64,000 nucleotides of DNA, from positions 21,576,001 to 21,640,000 of the forward strand of contig CM022665.1 in assembly GCA_012295275.1 (NCBI GenBank), read 5' to 3'. The stretch comes from Chrysomallon squamiferum. Taxonomy: Eukaryota; Animalia; Mollusca. Positions 1 to 14,090 of the stretch are shown in pieces (within the stretch, counting starts at the first letter, position 1; the number at the start of each line of letters is the position of its first letter). A program made the position numbers and the translations under genes. The notes under the pieces were generated by a model, which saw only the letters and a program-made list of their open reading frames with translations, did no database searches and was not told the DNA's origin.

Positions 1-2
1 CG

Positions 3-610
3 TTTAATGACATTTCTCTCAAACAGTAGTTAATAGCAACTTCTTGAGAGAAAAAACAACAACGTAGAACCGAATTAATGTTCAAAAAAGAAAAAAAGAA
101 AGAAAGAAAAAAAAAAAAAAAAAAAAAAAAAAAACTAGAAAAGAAAAGAAAAAGAAAGAAAGAACGGTAAATGAAATATCCTCAAACATACAGTAGTTAA
201 TAGCACATCATGACGAAATACGTGAAATTGAATTAAAAAAAAAAAAGGAAGAATGAACTTTTAACGACATTTCCTCAAAGTTAATACAGCTTCATGGAGG
301 AATATGTGAACTGAATTAAAATTAAGCAAAAACAAAAAACAAACAAAAAATTAACTTTTAATGACATTTCCTCAGATTAATAGCAACATCATGAAGAAAT
401 ATGTAGAACTGAATAAAGTGAAAAAAAATAAAATAATAATAATAATAAATACAAATAAAATAAATATCACTGTTTAACGACATTTCCTCAAACAGTAGTT
501 AACAGCAACTTCATGAAGAAATATATCTGGACCTGCAGTTTAAAAAAAAAACCCAAAAACCAGAACAATAAAAAACAAAGAATAAAGTTTAACGACATTT
601 CCTCAAGCGC
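3..610. repeat. Degenerate ~90-170-bp tandem repeat with A-rich spacers, about 6 copies
   Basis: Recurring TTTAAYGACATTTCCTCAAA...GTTAATAGCAACWTCATGA...GAACTGAATTAA. Confidence 0.8.
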
Positions 611-855
611 ACAATATCAACAACAATATCAGAATTTCGTAAATCTGCCTAAGATGTTTAAAATATGTTTTACTATAAACAACCATTTCCCAGACAGATT
701 TATAAAACAAGCTGAAGTTAGAAAACGTTCGTCTGGGGACCAGTAAGAGCTCTTGATCAATTAGCTTCGGCGTACTCGTTTTATTATCGCCCGTTCTAGA
801 CAGTGTTCCTTGAGAGGTTAACGAACACACGTGATATCTCATTTAATGTCTAGAG

Positions 856-1010
856 CAGTCATGGGCAAACGTCAGCCCCGCGGCTTTCTGAGAGGTCCGC
901 CTAATTTCTCAGTGAAATTAACTTTAATTGCCTAAATTAGTACCTGCGGCCCGCATGAGGATGAGCATGTCTCATGTGGCTCACTTCTCGAAAAAGGTTG
1001 CCCATGCCTG
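856..1010. mobile_element. hAT (Charlie/Buster-type) MITE, 155 bp
   Basis: TIRs CAGTCATGGGCAAAC / GGTTGCCCATGCCTG (13/15 match); perfect 8-bp TSD GTCTAGAG at 848-855 and 1011-1018, fitting the nTCTAGAn target preference. Confidence 0.9.
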
Positions 1011-2046
1011 GTCTAGAGCAAAGTGCGCGAGATATGATGTCTCGTCGCTATTGACAGAATGTAGTGGATCTTCTCTGAAGTCTGTCAGAGTTACGAAACG
1101 ACTGATACCCTGCAATCAGTGATGCTGCGATGTGTTTTTGTGATGTTATTAGAAACTTAGCATTCTGCAGTGTCGTTAGGTAAAATCAAATGAATTTAAT
1201 ATTGACTTTTGTTTAACATATTAACGCAACAACAACAATAATGACAACAAAAACATCAATGACAAGAGCAACACCAACAGTAAATAAATAAATGAAAACA
1301 TTAGGAAAGCTCAAGGATATGTGTCTAGCAACAAAACATCCTGGCTTGGCTTACAGATATTGTTTACTTGTGCAGACTGCGATTCTCTTCTTTGTTTTTT
1401 TTTTTTTTTTTTTTTTAAATTTTTGTCTTTGTGTGTGGTAAGAATGGGATAAATTGTGCTGTAGCCAAACAAGATAGGACGTCAGTTCACATCAGACAGT
1501 AAAACAGTCAAGATTACTTTTTATCGTGCAGAAAGCAAACTCGTTTCTTCCCCAAAGTAAATACAGACATTTAAATAAAACTATTCGCTTACGTTTTCCA
1601 GGTTGCTATTTAAACAGTGAATGCCGAACATAACTTGCAAAGGGTTAATAATTCAATCAGCACGGCAGTGATTCAGCAGCAGCGGGGCAACTGCACTATT
1701 ATTTCACATTAGCTTGCGAATTCCAATTTTTATTATTTTTATTTTTATTTTTTATTTTTGTTTCTAGAGTTTTTCTAGAGTTTTCGAATACGAATTATTA
1801 TTATTATTATTATTAGTAGTAGTAGTAGTAGCAGCAGCAGCAGCAGCTGTAGTAGTTCTATTTCAAATAAATGTATGTAAAAACTGGAGGGGGGGTTTAC
1901 ATAGATTTTATCTCAGTACATATTGATTATATGTGTTTCAAAACCCAGTGCAAAGAAACGTAATGATAATCTGTATTTTCATTCAGTGTTTGTGGATGAG
2001 CTGTTTCACTGTAACCTTTACACTGTGATTATACACACACATTCGC

Positions 2047-2079
<33 letters not shown>

Positions 2080-2927
2080 GATATGTATGTGTGCATTATA
2101 TATATAGATAGATACAGATATATATGAATATGTATTTATATACATAAATATGTGTATGTCTTTATGTTTGTATGTATTTCGTAGGTGTAAATTCTTTTAT
2201 TTAAATGTTTGAAAAGGTTATGCAGGTACAAAAGGGCTGCGTATTATATACGAATGTATTTATGTATGTATGTAGTATGTAAGTTATATATATATTTCAA
2301 CAGTTTAAATTCTACTTTTATTTTATTACGTACTTGATTACGTAGGTATACATACTGTGTGATATAATAATATAATAATAACATGCAGAAACGAATTCAT
2401 CTACTTTTTTCGTTCAAAACCTAAAATTATCCAATCTTTGGTCATGCTGAACAAGTATCCAAATAAATACGAGATTTGCAATTTTAAAAGGATGTTGAAG
2501 ATAGTATAAACGTGAATTTTATGTGATTTTTAGAAAGATTTCGTGTACTCTGTGTGTGCGTGCGTGCGTGTGTTCGTGCGTGTGTGTGTGCGTGCGTGTG
2601 TGTGTGTGTGTGTGTTTCGATACAGGTTAAAGAGAGCGAGGTAAGAAATGTTCCGTATTAAAACCGTTGAGTTTGGCAGTCTACACGGAATACATGTGAA
2701 GTGTGTGTTTGTATGTACTGTATGTATATAACGTAACAGAGTGTATGTGTTTGCTGAGCCGCCTCCACTTGGTTCGTGCACAGTGTAAAGTATTTTGAGT
2801 ATGTATTATGTAGTATGAGTATAGTAAAATGATATTATTTGTATGAATATATATATATATATTAATCTGTGAACCTATGTTATTTAGGTTTTGTGTATAT
2901 ATAGTATGAGTGTTATATGTATGTATG

Positions 2928-2986
<59 letters not shown>

Positions 2987-3006
2987 TTCTCTATGAAACA
3001 AATCAC

Positions 3007-3155
3007 CTGTCATGATCATTGAAAAGAAAGTGGTCCTCAGTGAGTTGTTTCTGAGTCTCCGAGTCCATTCCTTGCAGTGGGTTGTATTTACCCTTCAAGT
3101 CGTCTGGAAGTTGATCCAGAGCCTCGCACGTCTTCTTCTCCATCTCCTCTCGTTG
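3007..3155 (-). CDS. AK: AK-B exon 3 (QREEMEKK...[10 protein letters not shown])
   Basis: Acceptor tttctggcag|CAA, 149 nt, phase-2 donor AG|GTGATT. Confidence 0.93.
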
Positions 3156-4727
3156 CTGCCAGAAAAAACAAAACAAGCCATGAATTTTATTCAAGGATTA
3201 ACATATACAGACAACCCAGTAATATTTGTGATACTGGCAGCGTTGCAGTTAGAGAGAAAAACGAAAAACAAAACATGAATTTCATTAAATGATTAACATA
3301 CACCGACAACAGGGGAATTCTTGAGACACTGATGAAACAAGCCATAAATTTTATTAAAGGATTAATATACACAGAGCAATACTTGCAAGGCTGGTCGTGT
3401 TGCTGTCAGAATACAAACAACAACAGCTACAACAAGCCATCAGTTAAATGATTAACATACACCGACACCCGAGCATGGAAATACGCCAGAACAAAGGGTG
3501 TAGAAGATGATGGTCAAGTAACGTTTTGCGTAGCGAGTTAAAGAGAGGTCGAGAAGACGACCGTCTTCCTTGATTTTTATAATAATTATAATATCATCGT
3601 CGTTGACATCATCAGCATGACTACTACTACCATAGCTACCTCGAGCAATAACAGCAATAGCAGTTGGAGTCTTAATATCAGTAGTAGTAATAATAATAGT
3701 AGTAGTGGTGGTAGTAGTATCAATAATATTGTAGTAGTAACAGTAATAGTAATAGTAATAGTAGTAGCAATACTAACAATAGAACAGTAATTAATAATAG
3801 CAATAGTAGTGGTAGTAGTAGTAATAATAGCAGTAGAAAAAGTAATAGTAGTAGTAGTAGTAATAATAGTACTAATGGTAGTAGTAAATAAATTAATTAA
3901 TTAATAAAAATAAATACAATACAAAGTAAATTCTAATAGAATTCTTGATGTTATTTTTAAACCTGTAAAATTCTTTTTTTTTTCAAAATCTTATCGCAAG
4001 CCACAACAAATTATCTATTTTTGATTATATTTTAAAAAGAACCTCTTTCACAATGTTCCAGAACTTGCGACATTCCTTTGTATTTATTTGGTTATTAAAA
4101 AAACCTTTTCTCTTATAAATGAAAATCATTATTTCATTAACACATACACACATAGCCATCAACTATTTAATTCTGATTACACTTCTTACATAACTGTCAT
4201 CATATTTTTAATACAGTTATATCCACAAATTCAAAAACCACGTGATTTTGTAATAAGGATTGACAAACTATACTCTTTGTAAGGTGATACAAGAAAACAA
4301 ATAGATTAATGTTGATATGCATTATCTGAATGCACGGAGAATCCGAAGCTCCCGAGTGATAATAACAAAAGTAATCAAACCTGCGAAATTTCTAATTTTC
4401 CAGATGACTTCTGTTAGGAAGGGTTCAGGTTGCGAAGCAGATGAGAAACGTGATGTTAATAATATCAAACTGCAAATTATCCTGATTACAGTTTGGTAAA
4501 CTGTTTTTTGGAGAATTAAATAATAATTTTTCTTTTAGTATGATCGTAAATAATTATACGGCAGCAAGATTGTTCAATTTGTTTGTTTGTTTATTATTAT
4601 TATTATTATTATTAATTGATTGATTTATTTATCTTTTTTTTATCTACATCTATTTATTTACTAATTATTGTGTACACAAAACGATCGTACTTATTAAATT
4701 GCATATGATGCTATATGATGTGGTCAC

Positions 4728-4774
<47 letters not shown>

Positions 4775-6049
4775 GTTATTATTATTATTCTGTTTAATTG
4801 GTTTAGTTTACTTTTCATTACTGATTCTCAGTTATTTGTGTTTGGATATAAAAATATTCTCTAAAGATTTTAATATTATTTTTTTTTTTGTTAATGTCTC
4901 AAACAAACTCTCAGTTATAACTGTAGGTGTACACACCTCTTTAGTAAGAATAGGCGGGAAAGCCATGCCATCATGTGACCGACCAACGCGGACCCTGGTG
5001 GAGATGATGTATTTTCCTTCAGGATCGAGATCCTCCAATTTCAGTTTGTCGACGTCGCCGAAGTCGCACTGGGGGTGTTTGATTGGCTTGTTCTCTGGGA
5101 TCTTGTGGTAGTCTTTGATGACAGCGTCAAAGACGTCGGAGAACGTCGAGTATGCCTCCGGGTCGCAGGCGTAAATGCCAACGCCGCTGTCTAGATTTTC
5201 AACTCCTGAAATGTATTTTAAAAATTATAAAAACAGTCAAATGAATGAAACAGAAGAGAATAGAACAGAATAAAAATAAAAATAAAAACAGAAATAAACG
5301 ATAAAAAACAAAATAATAAGGCAAGAAAAAAAAATATTTTTAAGTTTTTAAAAACAAAACAAAAATAAAACAAAGCAATACATAAAAAAAGCACAAAAAA
5401 CCACAGGATAATGTAAAATTACCCAAAAGACAAATAAAACAAATACGATAAAAAGTAATAGCCGTACTCGTTTCTCTGGCGAATAATCTTAATAGGGTCA
5501 AGGACGTTTCAAACAAAACTGAACATTTAATTTCTACTGTAAACTTTTATAAGAGACGTCAAATAAATAAATAAAAAGAAAGAAAGAAATACGAAAGAAA
5601 AATGTATATAATAAGAAAGTAAGTAAAGAAAATAAGTAAAGAAAGTAAGTAAATAAATAAGTAAATAAATAAGTAAGTAAACTTTTCTAAGTAATCGACA
5701 GATCTACAAATCAACTGTACATCAGCTTGCGTTTCATCGCAAAGTACAGCGCATGTTCATTCTTATATAAAGCAAACACAGATTTGTATTTATTCCAAAC
5801 ACCAGCAGACGAGATGGCAAATACTACACAGCAGGCAGCAGTCTCGCAAAACCCCCATCGTCCTTGGCACTTAAATTTATTTATATATTCATGACCCGTT
5901 AGTTCTCTGTTTTCTACACGATGTTAATAACACGTATTTTTCCGTACGCTGCTAACTTTGAAAACTATTCCCAGTCTAACATATGGCCTGGCAGTAATGA
6001 ACGATGGAATGAATTATACAAATACCTCGTTTAAAGTACATCGGGAAGA

Positions 6050-6087
<38 letters not shown>

Positions 6088-9000
6088 ATATATTCTTGTT
6101 ACTCTTACTAACATTATTATTATTATCATCATTACTACTACCATTATTATTACTATTACTTCTACTACAGTTAATATTACAATAACAACAATAGTAGTAA
6201 TAGAAGAGGTAGCAGTAGCAATAGCAATAGCAGTAGTAGCGGTAGTGATAATAGCAACAGCTGCAGCAGTAGTAGTAGTAGTAGTAGTAGTAGTAATAGA
6301 ATTGGTATTGATAGTAGCAGTAACAGTAGCAGCAGCAGTAGCAATAGAAATAGTAGAAGTAGTAGCATCGGGTATAAGCTCTAATAATAATAATGAATTG
6401 ACCAAAATCCACCAGCTTTCTAACAGACTGAAAACAGAATCCGTTGTACACCGTTATGATGTGAACAGACACAAAACAAATGTTTGAATTTTGATTCCAG
6501 ATACAGGGGTTGTGGTGGTTTTTGTTTTCCGGGGACTTTCTTAGTATTCTGTTGTACATTTTGCTTGCAATTACTCTTATGTATTTAGGAACGCAAGTTT
6601 TATAGAACCGACCTGATCACTTTTACCACTAGGCAAGCAAGCAAGTATGCACAAATACCACTAATAATTGTCGCTGTTCTACTCTGATATAATAGATACA
6701 CATGCTTTACAAAACTGTACAAGAGTTGGTATTTGAGAATGTACGTAACCTGCCAAAGAGGCATGTAAGGATATCTGCGTGTATATTTGTGTATGTATGT
6801 GCATACATACATATATGTACGTGTGTGTACATAATTATATATATATATGTGTGTGTGTGTATTTGTAAATGTTTGTATACGTGTATATCTGTATGTACGT
6901 ACGTACCTATGCATGTATGAGTAATATGTATGTGTAGGTAGCTAGGTAGGTAGGTAATTAGGTATGTGTGTATGTATGTATGAATAGATGTGTGTAGGTA
7001 GGTATGTATGTATGTATGTATGCATGAGTGTATGTATGTATATCTACGTACTAGGTATGTATGTGTAATATGTATGTGTGGAGTTTGTACGCAATTAAGT
7101 ATATATGTATGTCTTATGAATGTAAATGTATTCATACATATGTGCATTTGTGAATGTTTAGACACACATACACACACACACATACACAAAGTATATACAA
7201 AGTGTGTTTATGTGTATGACATGATCCTTATAATACAAATCACGTGTGTATCAGTCAGAGTACTGCAACAAACGACATATTTCTTGTTGTTGCACTGCAT
7301 GTTTTAAAAACACAACCTCATCTTTTCTGTCAGAGACTGCTGTGACACTGTCTCATTTATACAACAGAGCGACAACAAAGTGTCTCTCTCAATCGATAAA
7401 CTATTCATTTTTTTTTATATATTTTTTTTTTTTCATTTCTCTTCTGACTGCCGTAACGGATTGCATTTGATACGCAGAAAATGAGGCGTCTGGAGATAAA
7501 ATGAACTGTAGGACAGAATTAAGGCGTGATGACACATGTTAAAGCAAGCAGTGAATATCTGCAGTATTATTATTATTTTTATTTTTTTTATTTTTTATTT
7601 TTTTGATCATTTTATTTATTTATTTATTCATATATTTATTGATTTATACATTATTTATTTATTTACTTATTCATTTTTACGATTATTTGTTTGTTTATAT
7701 ATATTTACTTACTTATTCATGTTTATTTTATCTATTCATATATTTCTTTATTTCTTACTTTATTTCTTCATTCATTCATATATTTATTTATTCAATTATT
7801 TCCTTGTTGTTTGATTGATTCATTGATTGATTTATTCGTTTATTTTTTAAACTAATAAATACATTAGACATTCTGACACCTGAACAGCTCAGTTGCAGCT
7901 CACTGGTATGACAAATAATCACTGGATCAGACCTAATCAGTGAAAATATTGAAGTATATCCCAATTCAGCTACAGCTCTAAGACGAACGAATTATTAACA
8001 GTGGAATATGTATGTTCGTATTCAACGTGAAAACGTAAAATAAGTAAAACACGGATAGGTAATATTAGACGTAATTTGACACAGAGCTTGTATTCATCCA
8101 GCTAATGTGCAATACGCAACGCACGGATACATAAGATTAGAGAGCTTGTTATCTAGGAGAAAAAAATATAATGATAAATAAAAATGATATCAAAGACTTT
8201 TTGCCAAGATCGATTTCAACAGCCGAAGAGGTTTTTTTTCGTGTCTTCGGTATCAGCTTACAAAATTATTGGATTACAAGATTACCAGATTACAAGATTA
8301 TCACATTCTAATATATGTTGTTGAAAATGTGGCAGAGAAACGTCAAATAAGGAATTCGGTTCAATAATACAAGTCAGTGATTAGTTTTAATGAGGTGACT
8401 CTTTAGCAGAAACAGCAGTAATTAGTTTTTGTCGGTCAATACATGGATATACATTTATATCTATTCATCTTCTTTTTTTTCATTTATTTTTTATTTTTTT
8501 TATTGTATATGTTGTTTGTTTTGTTTTGTTTTCTGTTGTTGTTAATTTCGCTCTATAAACTGAAATGAATGCATTACGATCTGGCTTCGTTGTATTGTAA
8601 CACTGCTACTTTCAACACTGAATAGTTAAGTCAACGGAAAACTACTTTAGAAATGTGGTCGAACAATAATATGCTGCGGCAGTCGTAATGAGTATGTTTG
8701 GATGTAAAAAAGGAAGACGTAAATTGTACCTTACGGCCAACTACTTTCTTTTTAAAGTTCGTTTTAAAAGTCTAAAGATGAACAACCGTGAACTGGCTCA
8801 CCGTGTTATCTCCTTGGCCGTCATTGGTTTTTACAAAACTGCAGATTTTAGCATGAGTGACCACACAGTGGAGAAGATTGTTAAGATAGAAATCCTCCGT
8901 TTTCCTCTGCTCTTTTAGTTATAATGGTTAGAAATGTCAGTGTAACAGACTGACGTTTCTGTCTTAGTTCAGTCAGCGATTTGTTAACTCATTTATAACC

Positions 9001-10937
9001 GTTAGAATTACCATCACGTTTGTACGTTTTCATATTTTAAGTGGTTATATATGTGTATGATGAATTCATTTCCGTATATTGATTGTTAACATACAGTACA
9101 GATTATAACACACATACACAAACACGTACATATGTACACATACATCCACTTAAACACATGCATAGACACAGAGACATACACCGAAACACATATAGAAACA
9201 GACACAAATATACATACGCACACAAACACACAAATATACACAGAGGCAAATACAGATACACAACATACAACCACACACACACACACTTCTCTACTTGAGA
9301 CTTTCCTTTCTCATTAAGAGAAATTTACAACAGCCTTCGGCTCAATCATTTCACTTAAAACTAGTCAAATACAGCGATGCCACAGCAAAAGTAAAATATT
9401 ATATTAGCTGTAATTCAGTAGTTCCTGATTTAACTAAAATGGTAAATAATCATTAAAAACTGTCAATTAAAACGGAGCTGTAACATAATCAGAAAGCAAA
9501 CGGGCATTAATCCTATCATATACGTGTATAATCAGTTCAACCAAAAACACAGATAACTTCATTCTGGCACTAATTCTAAACAGCTTTGAGGCAATTTCAG
9601 AGTTTGAAAACTACAAATTGAAGCGTAGCCATCATTTTCAGATGAATAAATCTTTTTCACTGTTATGTTTATGCTGACGATACCAGTGTTTGCAACTCTG
9701 TATGGCTTGATGCCAAGAGTCTCAGGAGGAAAAAAAAATTGTAAAAACTTACTGAATATACAATCATTTTTTAACTCAACTTGAAAGAATGAGAAAAAAG
9801 ATATAAACAAGATATAACGCACTGAATTTTGTACATTGTTATTATCAGTGACTGCCGTTATATATACAAGTACTAGTGTAATTTACCGTTATAAAAAAGT
9901 AATCTTAGAAAGTACATTTTAAAATGTGTGTACATAATTCGTGGATTAAGACTATAATTACCATTTTATACATTTACTAGTTCTTCAGCAGCAAATAACA
10001 AAATGCTTGCTGAAGAGAAATGCAAAAAACACGTACACTAACGCAACATTTTATATATATATATTACGCCCATACATACAGACACACACACAAAGATACA
10101 TATATACATACATACATTCATAAACACACACGCAAACGCAATTCCTTTAAAACAACAAGTATTACTTTCATTATAGACACACAAATATCATTACTAAACT
10201 CGCAGCGCGCTAGACATTATCAATAATATTTCATATTCACTGTTTGCTACTCCTGCAGCGATTTAACCATCATATCCGTGTTTTTATCAGTATTTAGTCG
10301 CTGTATTCTTGCGATTCGACAATCAGGTCAGAATACAGTGGCAGTCCTTTTATGGATAGTTTACTGTAGAACGATGATACAAGACAGAAATTAGTGACAG
10401 TCCTCTTACGGATATTAAGCTATGGAACGGTGTTACAAGTCAGAATGCAGTGGCATTACTGTTATTTATATTAAACTTTGGAGCGATGTTACTATCAAGT
10501 CAGAATATAGTGGCGCTCCTTTTATGGATATTAAACTAAAGAACGATTTTATCATCACGTTACAATATAGTGGCAGTTTTCTTATGAATATAAAATCATG
10601 GAACGATTTTACCATCACTCACAGAATTTAGAATCATTCCTCTAAGGACTATTAAATTGATATTTGTATTGGACGGAAAACCGACAGAGATTATCATTCG
10701 CGGAGCTGTATGAATATTCATGACAGAGGTAACCATCTGGGACTTTGACTGGGTGTGTTATTAAGCCGTGCAGAAAAACCACCTGTCTAACTAACTGGCA
10801 GTTTTGTCATTAATAGTTATGTACTTAACATATCGATGAGAAATTCAGAACCAAAATGTCATAATTAGCTTTCTGTTTAACTACAACTGAATGACAGCAT
10901 TTATCTTCTTTTTCTTCTACTCCTTCATTTTTTTAAT

Positions 10938-10968
<31 letters not shown>

Positions 10969-12163
10969 TATTATTATTATTGTTTTTTTGAGAGGCTAAA
11001 GTGAAAATGGACATTGCACATTTATATTTATAGCATGACTCACTCACACAATTTGATATTCATTATCAGTTATTTTACTATATACTTCACTATGAGCGTG
11101 GTTTAATGTTTTAAAATGGAGCAGCATGGGGAACTGGAAAACAGCATTATAGACACAAACTATTGCTAATAATTATGAATACAGAAGTTTAGTTGTTGTT
11201 GTTATTATTTTTTTTTTTTTTTTTTTTTTTTTAAGTATTTTGGAAATATGAACAAAACACCGTTTCTTTCTTTCTTTCTTTCTTTTTTACAGTAAAGAGT
11301 AATAACCGTCACACCCAAGTGAAGAAATGAGATTATCATTAACAGCAATCATTAATTTAAACTTTTGTCATATTACTGACATTAGCTGCGGCCTTCTCGA
11401 CATCGACGACAGCAATAACGGACACGACAATAATTAATTAATACAATTAATTAACCAGTCATCAATAACGGCTTTTACGTAAAGACTCTAGAGGAACGGG
11501 AGAGAAAAAGTCAAAAAAAAAAATATAAAAAAATCATTTTCTCGCGTATCAACGAGATTTAAGTGATTTCTGAAATACCAGTTCCGGTTACACTGCGCAA
11601 GGAATGCTGTATCCGTTACAGCGCTACGAACGTCAAGAACAAAAAGAAATGTGATAGAGTTTATTATCTGCTGTCTGTTGGAGTTAATGTGCTATTACAT
11701 CAGTATAGGATTGTTGTTACGTTGCGAAAACAGTTGTTGCAAAGCCATAACGCGACAAACAAAAAGCTATGTAAGTGATAAATATACAGATTGTGGATTA
11801 ACTGAAATATTAAACACGATTAAAATCAGCGTACTTAACACAAATTTCTGTGCCGTTTTGTTTATCGATGCTGGTTATTAGTCACCGATTATTGAAGATT
11901 CGAATATTTTATTTTTCAGTAAAAAAAAAAATTAATACTACTTTTATTCAAACGGAACGAATATTAATAATAAAACGAAGTCATTTAAATATTTATCATT
12001 ATACTTATAATGAACATTTTCTTTTTTGCTGTAAGTTATTGAAACCAGAAGTGTTTTGTATAATTTTAAGTAACACACAGACACACACACACACAGACAC
12101 ACAGACACACAGACACACACACACTCACTCACTCACTCACTCGCTGTCTTACTCAGTCTGTCA

Positions 12164-12196
<33 letters not shown>

Positions 12197-12430
12197 CTCT
12201 CTCCCTCTCCCTCTTCCTCTATCCCCCCTCTCCCTCCGCGCTCCTTCTCCCTCTCCCTTTCCTATCTCCCTCTCCCTCCCTCTCTCCCCCTCTCTCCCCC
12301 TCTCTCCCCTCTCTCCCCTCTCTCCCTCTCTCCCCCCGTCTCTCCCCATCTCTCCCTTTGTCTCTCTCTGTCTCTCTGTCTTTCTCTCTTTCAGTCTTTC
12401 TCTCTTTCAGTCTTTCTCTCTTTCAGTCTT

Positions 12431-12465
<35 letters not shown>

Positions 12466-12511
12466 TTCAGTCTTTGTCTCTCTTTCAGTCTTTGTCTCTC
12501 TCAGTCTCTCT

Positions 12512-12583
<72 letters not shown>

Positions 12584-13129
12584 CAGACAGTGGGCAGAAA
12601 GAGAAGAAAAATAAAACATTCTTACACACTATAAAGTATTTTTCAACGCTTCTTGTCAAGTCTAGTTCTCGTTACATAGAAGATAACAAGCCATCTGTTA
12701 TTTTACTCGTTTCTTATACGTCTTTAATGATGTTTCTCGCTTTCTCGGATTTATATTTACCTAACATTTGTGTTTCAGGGTTTTTCGACAGTCCGGTTAT
12801 CGCTTTGTTTTTGTTTTTCGGGCGGGGTGTGTGTGTGTTTTTTTATTATTTTTTTTTTTGGGGGGGGAGGGTTCTGCCCATCAGAGTCATCATATATCCA
12901 ACAAAAATTTGCATGGTTAACTGTTTTTATTATTCGTGTTAGCATTAGGCGGGCAAGAAGCATAGAGAGCAGAAGTAGAATGGGAAACTCGAACCTAGTA
13001 AATGAGAAATAATGAAGAATAACAGTTTAAATTATGTGTGGAATTGCGATAACAAATAAGTACCAACTGACTTTAATAATAACAACAACAACAATAGTAA
13101 TAATAATAGTAATAATAATAGTAGTAGTA

Positions 13130-13194
<65 letters not shown>

Positions 13195-14045
13195 GTGTTG
13201 CAGTGTGTAGAAAGGTAATTTCTTAAAATGTTATTGCCTTTTTTCTTTTCTCTCGTTCTAGTTTTAAAACAAAAACTTCTCTCGAAGTTACTAATTAAAC
13301 GACGACAAAATCCCGGTCTAGATATTTTGATAAATAACATTATTAGAAGAGAGAATACGATAGCTATTCCTATTAATAACCGAAACAGGTGCTCGAGAGG
13401 TCTTATCATTTTGCACAAATGATCCTCTTGGACTGAGCAGACAGCTTAAAGTATTGCTATCAAAGTACACGTGTAATAGACAGACAAACAGCTTATCGCG
13501 AATCATTCAACGCTAACATCTTAAGGTGCTTTCATATCGCAAGACTTCTGTTAACCTATCGGTAACATTAAAGAGAACTTTCGGTGATAATCACACGTGG
13601 TTGAAACATATTTTTGTATATTTCCATTTATCAGTATTTATAATATTTGACAGAAATAAAAAAAATACTCGGATATTTTAGAAAGGTATGTTTAAAAAAA
13701 AAAAAAAAAAAAAACTCTAAAACATGTATTCTCCGAAGTGTGAAAATGTATGTTCACTCCGAGCTATAAAAAGGTATGTTTGCTCGAAAGTACGAAAGTA
13801 CGAAAAATATGTAAGCTATTTCTGTCCTTATGTTAACAACACTATTTTTCTTTAAAAATTGAATGTTTTAATTCCATTTCAATTAACGATCCTAATTTAA
13901 TATTAATAGTTATTCGTTCGAATCCATGTTAAATAAAGATGTGTTAATTAAGTAATTAACAGTTTATTAAGAATGAGAATTAAAATTTAAAAAAAAGAAA
14001 AAAAAAAAAAAGGCTTATAGCACCATTAGGATTTAAATATTGTAA

Positions 14046-14090
<45 letters not shown>

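Noticed and set aside
1-3006. AK-B exon 4
   Set aside because: No FL..A.GY.DWP.GRG-coding sequence seen; presumably outside the window
6600-6750. Possible minus-strand exon ending ATCAG|GT near AK-B exon 2
   Set aside because: The frame compatible with exon 2 has stops and there is no AK similarity
11850-12942. Long ORFs of 254 and 194 aa
   Set aside because: Translations of (CA)/(CT) microsatellites; the same applies to most poly-L/Y/I/T/HT/ER ORFs in the track
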